UHGV virus genome: UHGV-1367859
Source of the DNA: a virus
DNA: 64,000 nucleotides
Strand: one strand, 5' to 3'
Positions 60,801-64,000 of the stretch are shown piece by piece (position 1 is the first letter of the stretch; every line of letters begins with the position of its first letter). A program made the translations under genes and the position numbers. The notes under the pieces were generated by a model. It saw nothing but the letters and a program-made list of their open reading frames with translations. It had not been told where the DNA came from and made no database searches.

Positions 60801-63800
60801 AAAGTTTAAGAACAGGTTCTCTGAGGAATATAAGAGACCTATAAATGAGCCTGTAAATGACAAAGGTATTGATAAGGATGAAACTGGAGACAGTGGCACT
60901 TCTACTGTACCTCATGTGAACCCAAATGCAACTCCTATTGAAACAACCCCTGCTCCTGTTGGCAATGTAACTGCTGAGATGGTTGCATCTGAGAATAGTG
61001 ATTCTAATAGGAGAGTGGAGACTCAGAGAGACCTTGACAGGGGTCAACAAGGTCAAAGGAAGTACTATAGACCTGCTATTCCTGAACTTCATATAGAAGC
61101 AAGTAAGGAAGGGGACTTTAGACCTTTCGACACTGTAGTATCTGAAAGAGAGTCAGGTGTAGACTTCTCAGGTATCTATAGTTACCTCAGAGACAATGGA
61201 GCATTCAACTATGTTAATGCAGCTAAGTTGAAACCTGGAGATACTCTTGGTTTCATGATTGACCCTGAGTTTAATGACCATACTATCTTCTTAGTAGATA
61301 CTAGAAACAATCAGATTGTCGGTAGTATTGATGAATCAGATGCTTCAGTTGCTAGATATGAAGGTCTTGAAAACATCATAAGAAAAGTAAGAGATGAGTT
61401 CCAAAAAAGAGGGGAGGAGGCTACTGGCAAGTTTTTTGCTACCCCTCAAACAAGAGTGTCAAAAATGATGGTAGGTAGAATCCCTTATAGTACAGAAGAG
61501 AGAAGCCTTGCTGATATTCCTGGTGTACTTGATGGAGAAACTAAGCCTATCTTTGGTATTATCAAAAATGGTGTGCTCACTACTAACGAGAAGATTGATG
61601 ACAGGCTTATAATCAAGCCTGTTGATATGTCTCAGAAAGAAGGTAGACTCTACTTACTTGTACCTAATGGAGCTGGTACTTATAGTCTTGCTGCTGTGAG
61701 AGTTAGGCACTTTAATACACAAGAGTTCAACCTTGCTGATGCTACAGTTGCAAATACTCCTATAGGTAAAGGTATCAATGAATCTCTTGATAGGCTTGCA
61801 GATGCAACATCACAGGATGACGTATCTATAGCAATGAAGGAACTTGCCCAGGACATCTATATGCAGGATGTTATGGTAACTTGGTTTGATGCTAAAGCTG
61901 GTAGTGGTATTGTAGTAAGTAAGAAGGTGAGGAAGCCTGATGGCACTTATGAAATGGTTACTATCAATGGGCAGGAGCAAATTAAGGAAGAGAAAACTAC
62001 TATCTATTATCAGAGTAGCAAGAAGGCTATTGAAGTAAATGGTCTTGAGTATACCTTTGAGGCAGCTAAAGATGCTGGTATAGATATGTCTCTCTTTGGT
62101 CAACCAAGAGACCCCTCTGAAATAAGAAGAGACATACTTGATACTATACTTAGGTATAATCTTCCTCTTCAAGTAAGTGCTTCAAAGATAAATGAGTCAA
62201 GTTACAATAATAGGGTAATTAAGTCTAACATACTTACTTCAAACCTTAGAGAAGCTAAGGTTATAGGGAGCTGGTTTACTACTGACTACTTTGACAATCA
62301 AGGCAATCTTCAAAGAGCTATAAGTCCTTCCTCAGTTAAGCCTACACCAAGTAGAAGAACATCTTCTCCTGTAGGAGGAACTGAAGGAGTAGTACAAGGC
62401 ACAAGAGTAGTAATTGGTAATACTCCTTATGTAGTTGACCTTAAGCATAGTATAGCTGTCAATGAGAAGACTGGTGAAAGAAGAGCCTTCTCTACTTTCA
62501 ATTCTCAGGGACTTATTGACATGGCTTGGGCACAGGAAACCTTTGGGGACTCTACTGAATCCTCAAGGATGACTGAGAATAAAATTATTACACCTAGGGG
62601 AGAAGTTCTTAATAGAAATACTGGTAAATATATAACTGGTACAGAGGCACAAAGAATAAAGGACAAGATAGCTGGAAGGAATCAGGTTGATGAAGTGAGA
62701 ATTGCTCAATCCAAGAGAGTTATTGCTGACATCTATGAGAACCAAAAGAGAGTAGATAAGACAAGAACTGATAGTGACTACTATTATATTCTTGAGGATG
62801 ATGGTCAGTACCATCAATATTCTAGAGTTCATAGTAGACTAGGAGATAACTGGCTTGGGGAGAGAACTGCTAACAATAATTCAGAAAGAGCACTTAAGGC
62901 AGGCACTGCTGTTGATAAGGTAATTAGAGATTTCTTCACATCTAAAGAAACCCCTGTAAAGCCTGATACTCTCTCAGAGTCTGCATTTATAGACTTGATT
63001 TCAAAACTTACGGAAATCAAATCTAGGATGGAACAAATGGGAGAAACCTTCATGGCAGATAATATTGTTCTATTCCAGAAATATGCTGATGGTTCAAGAG
63101 TGGCAGGAGAGGTTGATATTCTATCAGTTGATAAGAATGGCAACTTCAAAATCTACGATGTGAAGACTAGCAGGTATAGTTTCAGTGATAGATATTTTAC
63201 TGAGAAGTCTTCTAAGCAAAGGATGAGCACTAAAGACTACTATACCCTACAACTCTCCGCCTATCAGAACCTCTTTGAATCTCAGTATGGTGTAAGACCC
63301 ACAAGGTTAGCTATTCTTCCTTTTGTACTTACATATGAGAATATATCCTCATCCAAGACAACTTTACCTAATGGTAAAAGAATAAGTTTAGCAGTACCAT
63401 CTCAAACTTCTACTGGAGGCTATTTTAGAACTGATAAGACTGTATCTGAGGATGAAGCTAGATTTGAAATGGTGGAGACTTCTAATGAAGAAGTTGAATT
63501 TGCTCCTATTTTAAGTTCTCAAGCTCATAAGACTTCTATGAAAGCTACTGATGCAAATAAGGCAGCTATAGAATTTGTAGGTGGAGACCCTAAAGAAGCT
63601 GTAGACCTTATATTAGTTGAAACAGGTAAAGGAACTAAAGGAGATAAAGGAAGGGTGACTATTACTAAGAAAGCAAAGATATTTGCTGTTACTCCAGGTA
63701 CTCCTTACGTGCCTCAAACTGAATCTAGAGTAGCTTCAATAGAAGGACAAAAAGGTATACCTATTACCTATAATCCTGCTGTTAATGTACCTCTTGCTAG

Positions 63801-64000
63801 CTCAGTGAGAGCACCTCAGCAACAGAACTCTCTACCTATCTTTGACTCTACAATGGAAACACTGATTACTGACAAAGAGCAGAATAGGGTTCTTCCTGAG
63901 AATGCTTTTGAAGAGGGAGGTGAGATAGGCTACTATGAGAAAGATGGTAAAGTCTACACTGGTTATCTTAAGAAGATAGGTGAGATAGAAATTACACATC
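57808..64000 (+). CDS. giant ORF (over 2,060 codons, 3' end beyond the window) with 4 in-frame TAG
   Basis: Frame 1 is open from 57808 to the window end. TAG at 58705, 59749, 60592 and about 60619 are the only interruptions. Track ORFs 57808-58707, 58744-59751 and 59752-60594 are consecutive pieces of this frame. Confidence 0.45.

Noticed and set aside
1-64000. CRISPR arrays, integrase/attachment sites, and transposase-type mobile elements.
   Set aside because: No regularly spaced direct repeats, no tyrosine/serine recombinase motifs, and no IS-like terminal inverted repeats were seen. The mobile content is limited to homing endonucleases and inteins.

Overview
This window reads as a large segment of a tailed phage genome with crAss-like (Crassvirales-style) organisation, from a Bacteroidetes-type host. 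The host call rests on a recurrent Bacteroidetes sigma-A -33/-7 promoter motif (TTG-N20-TAnnTTTG) found in front of gene blocks and tRNAs.

Layout:
- 1-10.8 kb: a minus-strand block of small early-type genes (SF2 helicase, vWA protein, SPFH lipoprotein, peptidoglycan hydrolase, HNH endonuclease), plus minus-strand tRNAs at 7.6-9.1 kb.
- ~10.9 kb: a divergent AT-rich promoter region.
- 14.2-18.9 kb: a plus-strand array of about 25 tRNAs, interrupted by an HNH homing endonuclease and an amidase endolysin.
- 19-22.6 kb: small plus-strand genes, including a GroES-like protein and a GIY-YIG endonuclease.
- 22.6 kb onward: the late module. It contains a large terminase carrying two LAGLIDADG inteins, a portal candidate, a lysis cassette, a scaffold-like protein, a capsid candidate, more GIY-YIG endonucleases, a ~1,590-codon tail-fibre-like gene, and giant ORFs running off the window end.

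The central finding is stop-codon recoding. Many late genes have in-frame TAG codons (from 1 to about 50 per gene) while TAA and TGA still terminate them. A Gln-like tRNA with a CUA anticodon sits at 18302-18373 behind its own promoter and is the candidate amber suppressor. The six-frame track therefore splits single late genes into pieces and leaves apparent ORF-free gaps at 30.3-33.3 kb and 48.9-53.5 kb.

Other notable items: a tRNA gene split in its anticodon loop by an insertion carrying a tRNA-Arg gene and an HNH gene; tandem paralogues that differ in TAG content; and a frameshifted GIY-YIG gene.

All coordinates and tRNA anticodons come from manual folding. Expect errors of a few nucleotides at boundaries.
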